Below are positions 44,688 to 52,493 of a stretch of 56,874 nt of DNA, one piece after another. The position numbers and the translations under genes were made by a program. The DNA comes from an uncultured bacterium. Lineage in GTDB: Bacteria > Patescibacteriota > Dojkabacteria > SC72. The stretch covers positions 1 to 56,874 of the forward strand of contig CAIVJR010000003.1 of NCBI GenBank assembly GCA_903906305.1. Reading direction: 5' to 3'. Numbering within the stretch: position 1 is the first letter of the stretch; each line of letters opens with the position of its first letter. The notes beneath the pieces were generated by a model that ran no database searches, was not told where the DNA came from, and was given only the letters and a program-made list of their open reading frames with translations.

Positions 44688-45394
44688 AGTTCTTTGCAAC
44701 TAATAGTTCCTACTTTACATATACAAATTGAAGATGTTTTTTTAGACTTGAAAACCTCTTGATCCCCATACAGAGTATTGTCTTCTACACATGCCCCAAG
44801 ACTTTCTAGATTTCCATTATCCGATTGATAATATATTTGGAAGTTTTCATCTAGAGCAATATCCAAGCCGGAGATCTCAAAGCTATTCAAGATCTTACAT
44901 GGTGCAACATATTTAGTTGCATCTGTATTGGTCATTATTGAAAGTTTCAAATCTTCAGAAGAGAGTTCATAGAGACCCGATTGCGTAGGAGCAATCTCAT
45001 CATTTGTACATAATGCATTTCTTTCAAAACTTACCTTCAAAACACCGTTAATATATGAAGCCGAATTTGATTCAACCTCTTCAGTAAGCAAAGCCTGGTC
45101 TGTTAAGAAATTGATATATTGATATGTGAATTTGAGGTTTTGAGATGAATATCCACTGTATGTAAGCTCATCTGTACTATCATTACACTTAATAGTTCCA
45201 TCAGCATTGCACTTACACTCATCCCGCCCATTATATGCTGGAATATCATCACCACTTCTGTAGACATTTTCTCCATATGCACAGGAGTTAAATGACAATT
45301 TTTGTTGTATCGAAAGGAACAAACCTGCCCCAGATACTATTACTAAGAATATGGTTATTATTATCAACCAGTTTCTTTGTTTTATTTTGCCCAT
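44684..45394 (-). CDS. membrane-anchored Cys-rich extracytoplasmic protein, hypothetical
   Basis: 236 aa with N-terminal TM helix WLIIITIFLVIVSGAGLFL and about 12 Cys in the ectodomain. Promoter TGTGGTAGAAT (rc 45405-45415) is upstream. Confidence 0.5.
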   Translation of the reverse strand: MGKIKQRNWLIIITIFLVIVSGAGLFLSIQQKLSFNSCAYGENVYRSGDDIPAYNGRDECKCNADGTIKCNDSTDELTYSGYSSQNLKFTYQYINFLTDQALLTEEVESNSASYINGVLKVSFERNALCTNDEIAPTQSGLYELSSEDLKLSIMTNTDATKYVAPCKILNSFEISGLDIALDENFQIYYQSDNGNLESLGACVEDNTLYGDQEVFKSKKTSSICICKVGTISCKEL

Positions 45395-45404
45395 GACGAG
45401 GAAT

Positions 45405-45415
45405 ATTCTACCACA
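45405..45415 (-). promoter_or_regulatory. extended -10 (TGTGGTAGAAT) upstream of the Cys-rich protein gene
   Basis: The reverse complement reads TGTGGTAGAAT. 10 nt before ATG 45394. Confidence 0.45.
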
Positions 45416-45470
45416 TTACAAGCTAAAAGTTATGGTTTCTAAATCTTGTAGTAATTTCCCCTCTAATATA

Positions 45471-45479
45471 TGTTAAAAT
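45471..45479 (+). promoter_or_regulatory. extended -10 (TGTTAAAAT) 6 nt upstream of the tatD ATG
   Basis: ATG at 45486. Confidence 0.55.
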
Positions 45480-45485
45480 TCTTCC

Positions 45486-46361
45486 ATGCACGATTCACAC
45501 ATACATTTAAATCTAGAGCCTCTAAACAGAAACATTCCCGAGATTATAGATACCTTTGTTTCAAACGGTGGAAAGCATATCCTTACTCAATCAACTGACA
45601 ATGTTGATATCCAAGAGACATTAGATATTGCTGCTAAATACCCAGATATCATAGATGTAGCACTAGGATTACATCCAACAATATTTGAAGAAACAACAAT
45701 ATTAAAAGGAAGAAATAAAAATCTGTATGAATTCTGTAACAGATATATTAATGAGTTTGAATCTCAATTTGAAAAAAATGTTAGAAAAGTAAAAGCCGTA
45801 GGAGAGACTGGGTTAGATTACTTCCAGTTTAATCTAAATCAAAGCATATTAAGAGCTCAGCAAGAAGAGTTACAAGAAATTCAAAAGCTTTCATTTAGAA
45901 GACAGATTGCATTAGCAAGAAAGTACAACCTACCATTAAGTATACATGCTAGAGATATTCAAGGTAGAAAAGATACCGTAAGAGATGTATTAAGAATATT
46001 AGTAGAAGAAGGCAAAGGAGAAGTAAGAGGAAGCTTCCATAGCTATACTGGAGATATATCATTCATTGAAGATATATTAGCCTTAGGTTTCTATGTTGGC
46101 TTCAATGCAATCATTACATATCCAAGTGGGGAGAATGTAAGGGAGATATTAAAACAAGTACCGTTAGACAGAATACTGTTTGAAACAGATGGACCATTGT
46201 TACCACCACAATCAGTAAGAAAGGATAAAAAGATAAAGGAGAAGTTTGGACAACCTGCAGATGTAAGAGAGATAATAGAGGTAGCTGCTGAAATAAAAGG
46301 AGTATCTATGGAGAAGTTGGAATCAATTACAGATGAAAATTACAAAACACTATTCCTTTAA
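45486..46361 (+). CDS. tatD: TatD-family metal-dependent hydrolase/DNase
   Basis: 291 aa. DSHIHL N-terminus, GETGLDY, SIHARD, FETDGP. Confidence 0.8.
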   Translation: MHDSHIHLNLEPLNRNIPEIIDTFVSNGGKHILTQSTDNVDIQETLDIAAKYPDIIDVALGLHPTIFEETTILKGRNKNLYEFCNRYINEFESQFEKNVRKVKAVGETGLDYFQFNLNQSILRAQQEELQEIQKLSFRRQIALARKYNLPLSIHARDIQGRKDTVRDVLRILVEEGKGEVRGSFHSYTGDISFIEDILALGFYVGFNAIITYPSGENVREILKQVPLDRILFETDGPLLPPQSVRKDKKIKEKFGQPADVREIIEVAAEIKGVSMEKLESITDENYKTLFL

Positions 46362-47056
46362 TCCTGCGGCTCCTTGTTCTCTAACATAACCACATACTCT
46401 CCATGAGGATTATTTTCAAAATCATTCACATTAATATCTATTAATACCTTTGAAATATTTCCAACAAAATATGCTTCTTTCATCTTTGTAATATCTCTAG
46501 CAACACTAACATTAACATCCCCAAAGACTTTTTTGAGAATTTCAAGAAGTTTGAGTAAACGATTAGGAGATTCATAGAAGACTAAGGTAGATTCTAGTTT
46601 TACATATTCACTTAATAATTTCTCTCTTCTTACATCAGACTTTGGTAAGAATCCAAAGAATGTAAATCTATCCGTTGCCAATCCACTTACCGAAAGTGCT
46701 GATATTAAAGCACTAGGTCCAGGAATCGCCAATACTTCATAACCTTTAAATCTCAATTCTCTAACCAACCTATACCCTGGGTCAGAAATGAGTGGTGTAC
46801 CGCAATCAGATATCAATGCTAAATCCAATCCTAAATCAAGTTTTTCTAAAACCTTCTCCATCATTCTCACATGATTTTGATCTCTGTAGGATACTAATTG
46901 GGTAGGGATATCATAACGTTGTGTTAATTTGTAGGATTCTCTTGTATCTTCAGCTAATATGAACGCTACACTTTTTAATGTTTCAATAGCTCTAAATGTC
47001 ATATCTCCCAGATTACCAATAGGGGTAGCCACTACATACAATTTTCCTTTATTCAT
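46358..47056 (-). CDS. rsmI: 16S rRNA (cytidine1402-2'-O)-methyltransferase RsmI
   Basis: 232 aa with a tetrapyrrole-methylase fold. LYVVATPIGNLGDMT, AEDTR, SDCGTPLISDPG. Confidence 0.85.
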   Translation of the reverse strand: MNKGKLYVVATPIGNLGDMTFRAIETLKSVAFILAEDTRESYKLTQRYDIPTQLVSYRDQNHVRMMEKVLEKLDLGLDLALISDCGTPLISDPGYRLVRELRFKGYEVLAIPGPSALISALSVSGLATDRFTFFGFLPKSDVRREKLLSEYVKLESTLVFYESPNRLLKLLEILKKVFGDVNVSVARDITKMKEAYFVGNISKVLIDINVNDFENNPHGEYVVMLENKEPQD

Positions 47057-47757
47057 ATCTTTAATATCTCTTTTACTTTATCTATCTCTATTATACTCTC
47101 TAAAGTGCTTTCATTGATAGCTTTTGTTGATATTGCCTCATTAATATTAAACTCTCCTATTCTAGTTCTTCGAAGGGCAACAGCCGTAGCATAGGTTCCA
47201 ACTTTCTCACCAAGATCATTTACCAACGTCCTAATATATGTTCCAGTAGAGCAAACTATTCTGAACGTAACAAATGGCCATTCATAGTTAATAATCTCAA
47301 ACGTCGAGATCTTCACACCCCGGGGTTGCAGTACAACTTCTTTTCCTTGTCTTGCTAAATCATATGCTCTAACACCATTTACTTGTTTTGCAGAATATAT
47401 AGGTGGTAGTTGAGAGATATCTCCTAGGAAGTTCTCTTTGATTTTGATTTCTAATTCTTCTTGGGATATTGGAGATGTAGTAGGGGCTGTGTGAATTTTT
47501 TCCCCTGTACAGTCCTGTGTATCTGTTGCATATCCGAATTCTGCAGTTACCTCATATTCCTTTTCTAATCCATGGATAGTGTCCATGAGTTTGGTTGCCT
47601 TACCGAGAAGTATAACTAAGATACCTGTGGCAAATGGGTCTAAAGTACCCGCATGACCAATTTTATATTTCCGAGGTAATAACCATTTTAATTTTTTAAT
47701 CACGAAGTATGAACTAATGTTCTCCTCCTTGTCTATTAGTAAGATTCCGTCTATCAT
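47053..47757 (-). CDS. truB: tRNA pseudouridine(55) synthase TruB
   Basis: 234 aa. GILLIDK and the catalytic motif GHAGTLDPFATG. Confidence 0.85.
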   Translation of the reverse strand: MIDGILLIDKEENISSYFVIKKLKWLLPRKYKIGHAGTLDPFATGILVILLGKATKLMDTIHGLEKEYEVTAEFGYATDTQDCTGEKIHTAPTTSPISQEELEIKIKENFLGDISQLPPIYSAKQVNGVRAYDLARQGKEVVLQPRGVKISTFEIINYEWPFVTFRIVCSTGTYIRTLVNDLGEKVGTYATAVALRRTRIGEFNINEAISTKAINESTLESIIEIDKVKEILKI

Positions 47758-47795
47758 GTATATACATATATAATTTACATTAGTATGATATCACA

Positions 47796-48329
47796 ATGTT
47801 AAATGGTATTACCTTAGGGATTATAATTACTTTTGTATTACTATTCCTTTGTACAATTCTTTCCATATTAGTAAATGCGTTACTTTCTCCTATGTCTAGA
47901 ACTCCTTCTAAGGTGTTGGATGAGATAGCTGATTTAATGGATCCTTCTAAAAAGGATGTATTTGTAGATTTGGGAAGCGGGGATGGTAGATTGGTATTTA
48001 AGATGTATGAGAGAGGGCATGGTAAGTGTATTGGGTATGATATATCTCCTTTAAGTATAATATGGGCAAATGTAATTAGAACATTTAGATTTCCATTACA
48101 AAAGGAAATTATATTTGATGCTCAGAATGTGTTTAAGGCTGATATTTCTAAAGCTACAATGGTATATTGTTTTTTGGATGAGAAGAGTATGGGGATATTA
48201 GGACCTAAGTTAGAGGAATTTGTTAAGAATGGTGGGGAAGTATATTCATATATGTACAATGTAGATGGTATGAAGGGTGAGAAGAAGATGGAATTGAGTA
48301 ATGGGAAGGAATTATATATTTACAAATAG
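47796..48329 (+). CDS. class I SAM-dependent methyltransferase with N-terminal TM helix
   Basis: 177 aa. TM helix, then SAM motif I VDLGSGDGRL. Confidence 0.6.
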   Translation: MLNGITLGIIITFVLLFLCTILSILVNALLSPMSRTPSKVLDEIADLMDPSKKDVFVDLGSGDGRLVFKMYERGHGKCIGYDISPLSIIWANVIRTFRFPLQKEIIFDAQNVFKADISKATMVYCFLDEKSMGILGPKLEEFVKNGGEVYSYMYNVDGMKGEKKMELSNGKELYIYK

Positions 48330-48350
48330 GGGAATATTTAGTCTAGATCA

Positions 48351-48389
48351 TACCGGGGGGCCTTTTGGAAAAAACCTCCCGGTATTTTT
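48351..48389 (+). terminator. intrinsic terminator
   Basis: 10-bp stem TACCGGGGGG / CCTCCCGGTA (one G.U) followed by T5. Confidence 0.7.
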
Positions 48390-48401
48390 GTAAAAAGTGA
48401 T

Positions 48402-48737
48402 CTAGATAAGCATTCTAATGATGATAGTAATCAAAATTGCAATAAGTCCTGCGAATTCGATTATGTTCATCACTTTCCAAACAATTTCTTCCTTTGGGAT
48501 GTAAAAAATATCTGTGATATTAAATACAAAAGCAACTACGACACCACCAAGGTTAATAAAAGGATCGAGCCCTTGTAGGCAAGACACAATTAGACCTGTC
48601 ATACTTATTAGATTGAAGACAAGTTGTCTTCTGTTCATAGCATCCTTAAAGAAAGCCAATTCAAATATGTATACCAGGGTTATTCCTAAAATAGCATTCG
48701 TTATGATATTTGCTTCCGAAATTATTTGAGCGAACAT
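48402..48737 (-). CDS. small polytopic membrane protein, hypothetical
   Basis: 111 aa with 3-4 TM helices. Canonical SD AAGGAG lies 6 nt upstream of the ATG. Confidence 0.5.
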   Translation of the reverse strand: MFAQIISEANIITNAILGITLVYIFELAFFKDAMNRRQLVFNLISMTGLIVSCLQGLDPFINLGGVVVAFVFNITDIFYIPKEEIVWKVMNIIEFAGLIAILITIIIRMLI

Positions 48738-49008
48738 GTTATTCTCCTTTTTTGATTCCCTCTTGTGAAGGGTTAATGTTTAACTTACATTAATACAACA
48801 AGACTTCCACATATATAGTGAAAATCATATTGTATTAAGCAAGCTAAACAGGAGATACCTAGATCCTTTTTAATGAGCAGATATATCTATAAACAAAGTT
48901 AATAGATAGACCTATATTATACTATAGGGTGGAGTTTAATTCAATTCTTAAGAAAATCTATGAAGGAGTACAATATGCATGAAAGCGGTATGTACTCCTT
49001 CAGGAGGA

Positions 49009-49161
49009 CTAGAAAAAACGGATCACAACATACAGGACAATAAGGACAATAGCAATAATTTCTACTATTCGAGTATTCTTCTTGAATAACTCATGCACCT
49101 TATCTTCCTTCTCCTGTGTATTTCCGTCCTCAGATTGAGGTATTACAAATCCAAATCCCAT
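49009..49161 (-). CDS. 50-aa tail-anchored micro-protein
   Basis: MGFGFVIPQSEDGNTQEKEDKVHELFKKNTRIVEIIAIVLIVLYVVIRFF. SD AAGGAG (rc 49169-49174) lies 7 nt upstream. This replaces the implausible 126-aa track ORF 49009..49389. Confidence 0.45.
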   Translation of the reverse strand: MGFGFVIPQSEDGNTQEKEDKVHELFKKNTRIVEIIAIVLIVLYVVIRFF

Positions 49162-49291
49162 TTTAGTTCTCCTTGTGTTTTGTTTCAGATTTGTATCATT
49201 TCTCAATGACGCGGTGGAGATTATACTCCTCTTATCAACATACTTACAAGAGACTACAAAACCTGGAAAGATATTTAACAAAGTGAAACCA

Positions 49292-49337
49292 AGAGGGGAA
49301 TATATATAAATTGCGTAAAAGCATATATTCCCCTCTG
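49292..49337 (-). terminator. strong hairpin after micro-ORF (putative terminator)
   Basis: Perfect 14-bp stem AGAGGGGAATATAT / ATATATTCCCCTCT starting 6 nt after the stop codon at 49343-49345. Confidence 0.55.
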
Positions 49338-49342
49338 GAGAT

Positions 49343-49498
49343 CTAAAGAAAAAGAAAAGCATAAACAACGGCACAAGTAGAGAGAACAACGATTACTCCA
49401 ATAGCCCAGCTTATCTTTTTCCTTATACTACGGCGGCGTTTTTCTTCTTCAATCTCTTTCATGTCTTGTTCAAACTCCCAAGCCGCTGCCATTCCCAT
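49343..49498 (-). CDS. 51-aa tail-anchored micro-protein
   Basis: Not in the ORF track. MGMAAAWEFEQDMKEIEEEKRRRSIRKKISWAIGVIVVLSTCAVVYAFLFL. Strong SD AAAGGAGG upstream. Confidence 0.5.
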   Translation of the reverse strand: MGMAAAWEFEQDMKEIEEEKRRRSIRKKISWAIGVIVVLSTCAVVYAFLFL

Positions 49499-49565
49499 TT
49501 GAGCCTCCTTTCAAAAAAGATCTCATCACAGTATTGTGATTAATAGAATTATACTACACACACAA

Positions 49566-49574
49566 TGGTATAAT
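49566..49574 (+). promoter_or_regulatory. extended -10 (TGGTATAAT) 6 nt upstream of the rarA ATG
   Basis: ATG at 49581. Confidence 0.6.
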
Positions 49575-49580
49575 ACACAT

Positions 49581-50789
49581 ATGCCAGCATACGAACCATT
49601 AGCATCAAAATACAGGCCTAAAACATTAGAAACCCTCATAGGTCAAGAACACCTTGTAGGAGACAATGGACCCATTAGGAAGTTCATAGAATCAGGCAAC
49701 ATACCCTCAATGATTTTCTGGGGGCCACCAGGCACAGGAAAAACCACATTAGCATATATCATCTCCCTTAACCTCTACTATGATTTCCACAAACTCCAAG
49801 CAGTATCAGCAGGAAAAGAACAATTAAGAAAGATCATAAAGGTAGCATTAAATAACCAACAATATGGTAAAAAAACAATCCTGTTTTTAGATGAAATACA
49901 TAGATGGAATAAAGCTCAACAAGATGCATTACTACCATATGTAGAGAAGGGGATAATCATACTCATAGGAGCTACAACAGAGAACCCATCATTTACCGTA
50001 AACAGTGCATTACTTTCTAGAACTAAAGTATTTGTATTCAAACAACCAACGGAAGAAGATATATCAAAGCTCATAAAGAGGATTGCAAAACTAGAATATC
50101 CAGATATTGGTATAGGGAAGAAGGAATTGGAAATAATGGGGAATCTCTCCAATGGAGATATACGTTCAGCATTAAACATATTGGAAATGGCTACCACATT
50201 AGCAACATCTGCACAAAAGCAAGATGAGAAAGCTAAGGTAACTACAGAACTTCTAATGTCTGCCATACAGAAACCCGTCTACTATGACAAGACTGGAGAG
50301 GAGCATTACAACATCATATCTGCAATACATAAGTCCATGAGATCATCTAATCCTGATGCTGCATGTTACTGGGTAGGTAGAATGTTAAGTGGGGGAGAAG
50401 ATCCATTATATATTGCTCGAAGACTTCTAAGGTTCTCTAGTGAGGATGTAGGAAACGCAGATCCTAATGCATTGGTACTCGCAAATAGCGTATATGAAGC
50501 ATGCCAAAAATTGGGTATGCCAGAGTGTGAGACCTTACTTATGCAGTTAGCTATATACCTTTCTAAGGCTCCTAAGGACAATACCGCTTACAAGGTTGAA
50601 TTAGAGGTAAAGAAAGATATTGAGATATATGGGAATCTTCCTGTGCCTTTAAATATACGTAATGCTGAAACAAAATTAATGAAGGATATTGGATATGGTA
50701 AGGGGTATGAATATGATCATGATTTAGCTAACAAGAAATCAGATCAACAATGTTTACCAGATAGGTTGAAGAACAAGAAATATCTCTAA
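49581..50789 (+). CDS. rarA: replication-associated recombination protein RarA/MgsA (AAA+ ATPase)
   Basis: LASKYRPKTL, Walker A GPPGTGKTT, Walker B LFLDEIHR. Start re-called to ATG 49581, exactly 6 nt after extended -10 TGGTATAAT (49566-49574). The track ORF opens at 49536. Confidence 0.85.
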   Translation: MPAYEPLASKYRPKTLETLIGQEHLVGDNGPIRKFIESGNIPSMIFWGPPGTGKTTLAYIISLNLYYDFHKLQAVSAGKEQLRKIIKVALNNQQYGKKTILFLDEIHRWNKAQQDALLPYVEKGIIILIGATTENPSFTVNSALLSRTKVFVFKQPTEEDISKLIKRIAKLEYPDIGIGKKELEIMGNLSNGDIRSALNILEMATTLATSAQKQDEKAKVTTELLMSAIQKPVYYDKTGEEHYNIISAIHKSMRSSNPDAACYWVGRMLSGGEDPLYIARRLLRFSSEDVGNADPNALVLANSVYEACQKLGMPECETLLMQLAIYLSKAPKDNTAYKVELEVKKDIEIYGNLPVPLNIRNAETKLMKDIGYGKGYEYDHDLANKKSDQQCLPDRLKNKKYL

Positions 50790-51307
50790 ATAGATCGATC
50801 AACTCTGTACTTAATCCTTGGTCTAATTTTCTCATCTCTTGTAAGTCTTCGCATAAAGATATTGTTTTCTATTTCAAATAATCTTCCTATAGCTGAATCG
50901 AGTCTTTCACTTCGCCCTTTTTCTTCACCACGTTTTACAATCAAAAGAGGCATTGATGCTCGTTTAAAGTCTTTTGAATATGGTATAAAAAGAGTGATTT
51001 CACCGAAATCTCCAAAAGCACATTTAGTCTGTAGTATTACTGGATATATAGGATCATGAGAATTTTTAACATCTGCAGAAATAGTAATTGGCAACTGCAC
51101 ATCTTCAACTCCAATTTCTAATAAAACATCGTGTAGCGCTTCAATTTCAAAATCATATATCTGTCCATCAAATATACCTTCTAATGTTTCTGATGGGTCA
51201 TCATACAAAACAATATCCTGATATTGAGATCTAGATAATGTATCCGCGAGTTGTGCGAATTCTTTAGTTAATTCTGTTGTGTTATTTTCTTTTGGATCTC
51301 TGTTCAT
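50786..51307 (-). CDS. hypothetical acidic protein (third gene of orphan trio)
   Basis: 173-aa ORF. Acidic N-half and basic C-tail. No domain recognised. Confidence 0.45.
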   Translation of the reverse strand: MNRDPKENNTTELTKEFAQLADTLSRSQYQDIVLYDDPSETLEGIFDGQIYDFEIEALHDVLLEIGVEDVQLPITISADVKNSHDPIYPVILQTKCAFGDFGEITLFIPYSKDFKRASMPLLIVKRGEEKGRSERLDSAIGRLFEIENNIFMRRLTRDEKIRPRIKYRVDRSI

Positions 51308-51340
51308 GGCCTATAATTATATCTCAATATCATTATATTC

Positions 51341-51805
51341 TCAATCCTCATACCAGAAATAATCATCAGCCACTGCTTTACCTAAAAGAAATATATCCCT
51401 ATGTGGATACTTCTCCCATGTACTAACCACCTTCGCCTCCTTATATGCCTCCCTATGCTTCACAATACCTTCTCTTGAATTTGTATCTATCTCAAAAGTA
51501 ATGGCACAGCTATCGCATCCAATATCCATATGTAATAGTCCTGTTTCCGTATGTGAAATATCAATTGCTATTTTAGGGAAGAAACTCAATTGTGAATTAA
51601 AAATATCAAAAAAATGATTATATATCTCTAAAGAATATTCAGATGGCATGATTTCAGCATAAAATACAGAGGTCTTATTCAAGAATTCCTCCTCATTTGC
51701 GAAATGAATGTTTGTTAAACCTGATAAGATAAGGGTACTATCCAAATATTCCGCTTCTAAATTGGGATCAAAATTCAGTTGTTCTGCGATTGATACATTA
51801 TTCAT
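51341..51805 (-). CDS. hypothetical acidic protein (second gene of orphan trio)
   Basis: 154-aa ORF whose start overlaps the upstream stop (ATGAATAA). No domain recognised. Confidence 0.45.
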   Translation of the reverse strand: MNNVSIAEQLNFDPNLEAEYLDSTLILSGLTNIHFANEEEFLNKTSVFYAEIMPSEYSLEIYNHFFDIFNSQLSFFPKIAIDISHTETGLLHMDIGCDSCAITFEIDTNSREGIVKHREAYKEAKVVSTWEKYPHRDIFLLGKAVADDYFWYED

Positions 51806-52406
51806 GTTTGAGCTCTATGCCTTCCAATTCACCATTCGTTGCCTTTTTCATAACTATTTCTTGAGCTAATACAAATAGATTTTTTAATTCTTCTGTTAGC
51901 TCTAGATCTGCACAACCTTTGTATTTCTCATCCGAAGGCCATCTAAAAAATACTCTGCATTTAGGATTTTCTTTTTTAAGATGTAAAACATGTAAACTTA
52001 CCCAACAATCTTTTGAAAAATATACTACCAAATTCAATCGCTCTCCACATTCTTCATTTTCTAAAAAAGCATCCATATCTAACAACGAATTTTGAAGGTG
52101 AGGATGTACACCTTTGGGAAGTTTCCTAAAACTATAATCAATATTTAAAGCAATACCATCTGGTACACTATGAATCTCATCCGTTACGAATAGTTCGTCA
52201 CATTTTGATAAGGCTTCAATAAGGTTAGCAGTATCTTCTCCAGAAAGCATCGCATTCTCTTTAATCCCCCATGGACGGGATTCTTCTTCCCTTACATCTC
52301 TAACAATCTTAATATATTGTGTAGAGGATAACTCAACCAAGTCATACAATTGAGGGAGATTGAGAAATATTTCTTTATCTATATCTGTTAGTTCTGCGTT
52401 TACCAT
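51798..52406 (-). CDS. hypothetical acidic protein (first gene of orphan trio)
   Basis: 202-aa ORF, divergent from tyrS. No domain recognised. Confidence 0.45.
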   Translation of the reverse strand: MVNAELTDIDKEIFLNLPQLYDLVELSSTQYIKIVRDVREEESRPWGIKENAMLSGEDTANLIEALSKCDELFVTDEIHSVPDGIALNIDYSFRKLPKGVHPHLQNSLLDMDAFLENEECGERLNLVVYFSKDCWVSLHVLHLKKENPKCRVFFRWPSDEKYKGCADLELTEELKNLFVLAQEIVMKKATNGELEGIELKHE

Positions 52407-52493
52407 ATCCCATCAAGTATACATTATCATAGCCCATAATTATACTTTCCTTACCTTGTTCTAGCAATCAATTCCATATATAATAATCTCGTC

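Noticed and set aside
48341-48407. Inverted repeat TCTAGATCA / TGATCTAGA flanking the 48351-48389 terminator, and its resemblance to the GATCTAGA core of the 5713-5734 palindrome, as a possible repeated element
   Set aside because: There are only two loci, the shared core is a short palindrome expected by chance, and the outer repeat overlaps the stop codon of the 48402..48737 gene. That is not enough evidence for a repeat family.
49009-49389. 126-aa ORF from the six-frame track
   Set aside because: Its N-terminal two-thirds is low-complexity Phe/Leu-rich, overlaps a better SD-led 51-aa ORF (49343..49498) in another frame, and spans a 14-bp terminator hairpin plus a promoter. Only the last 50 codons, preceded by AAGGAG, look like a gene.
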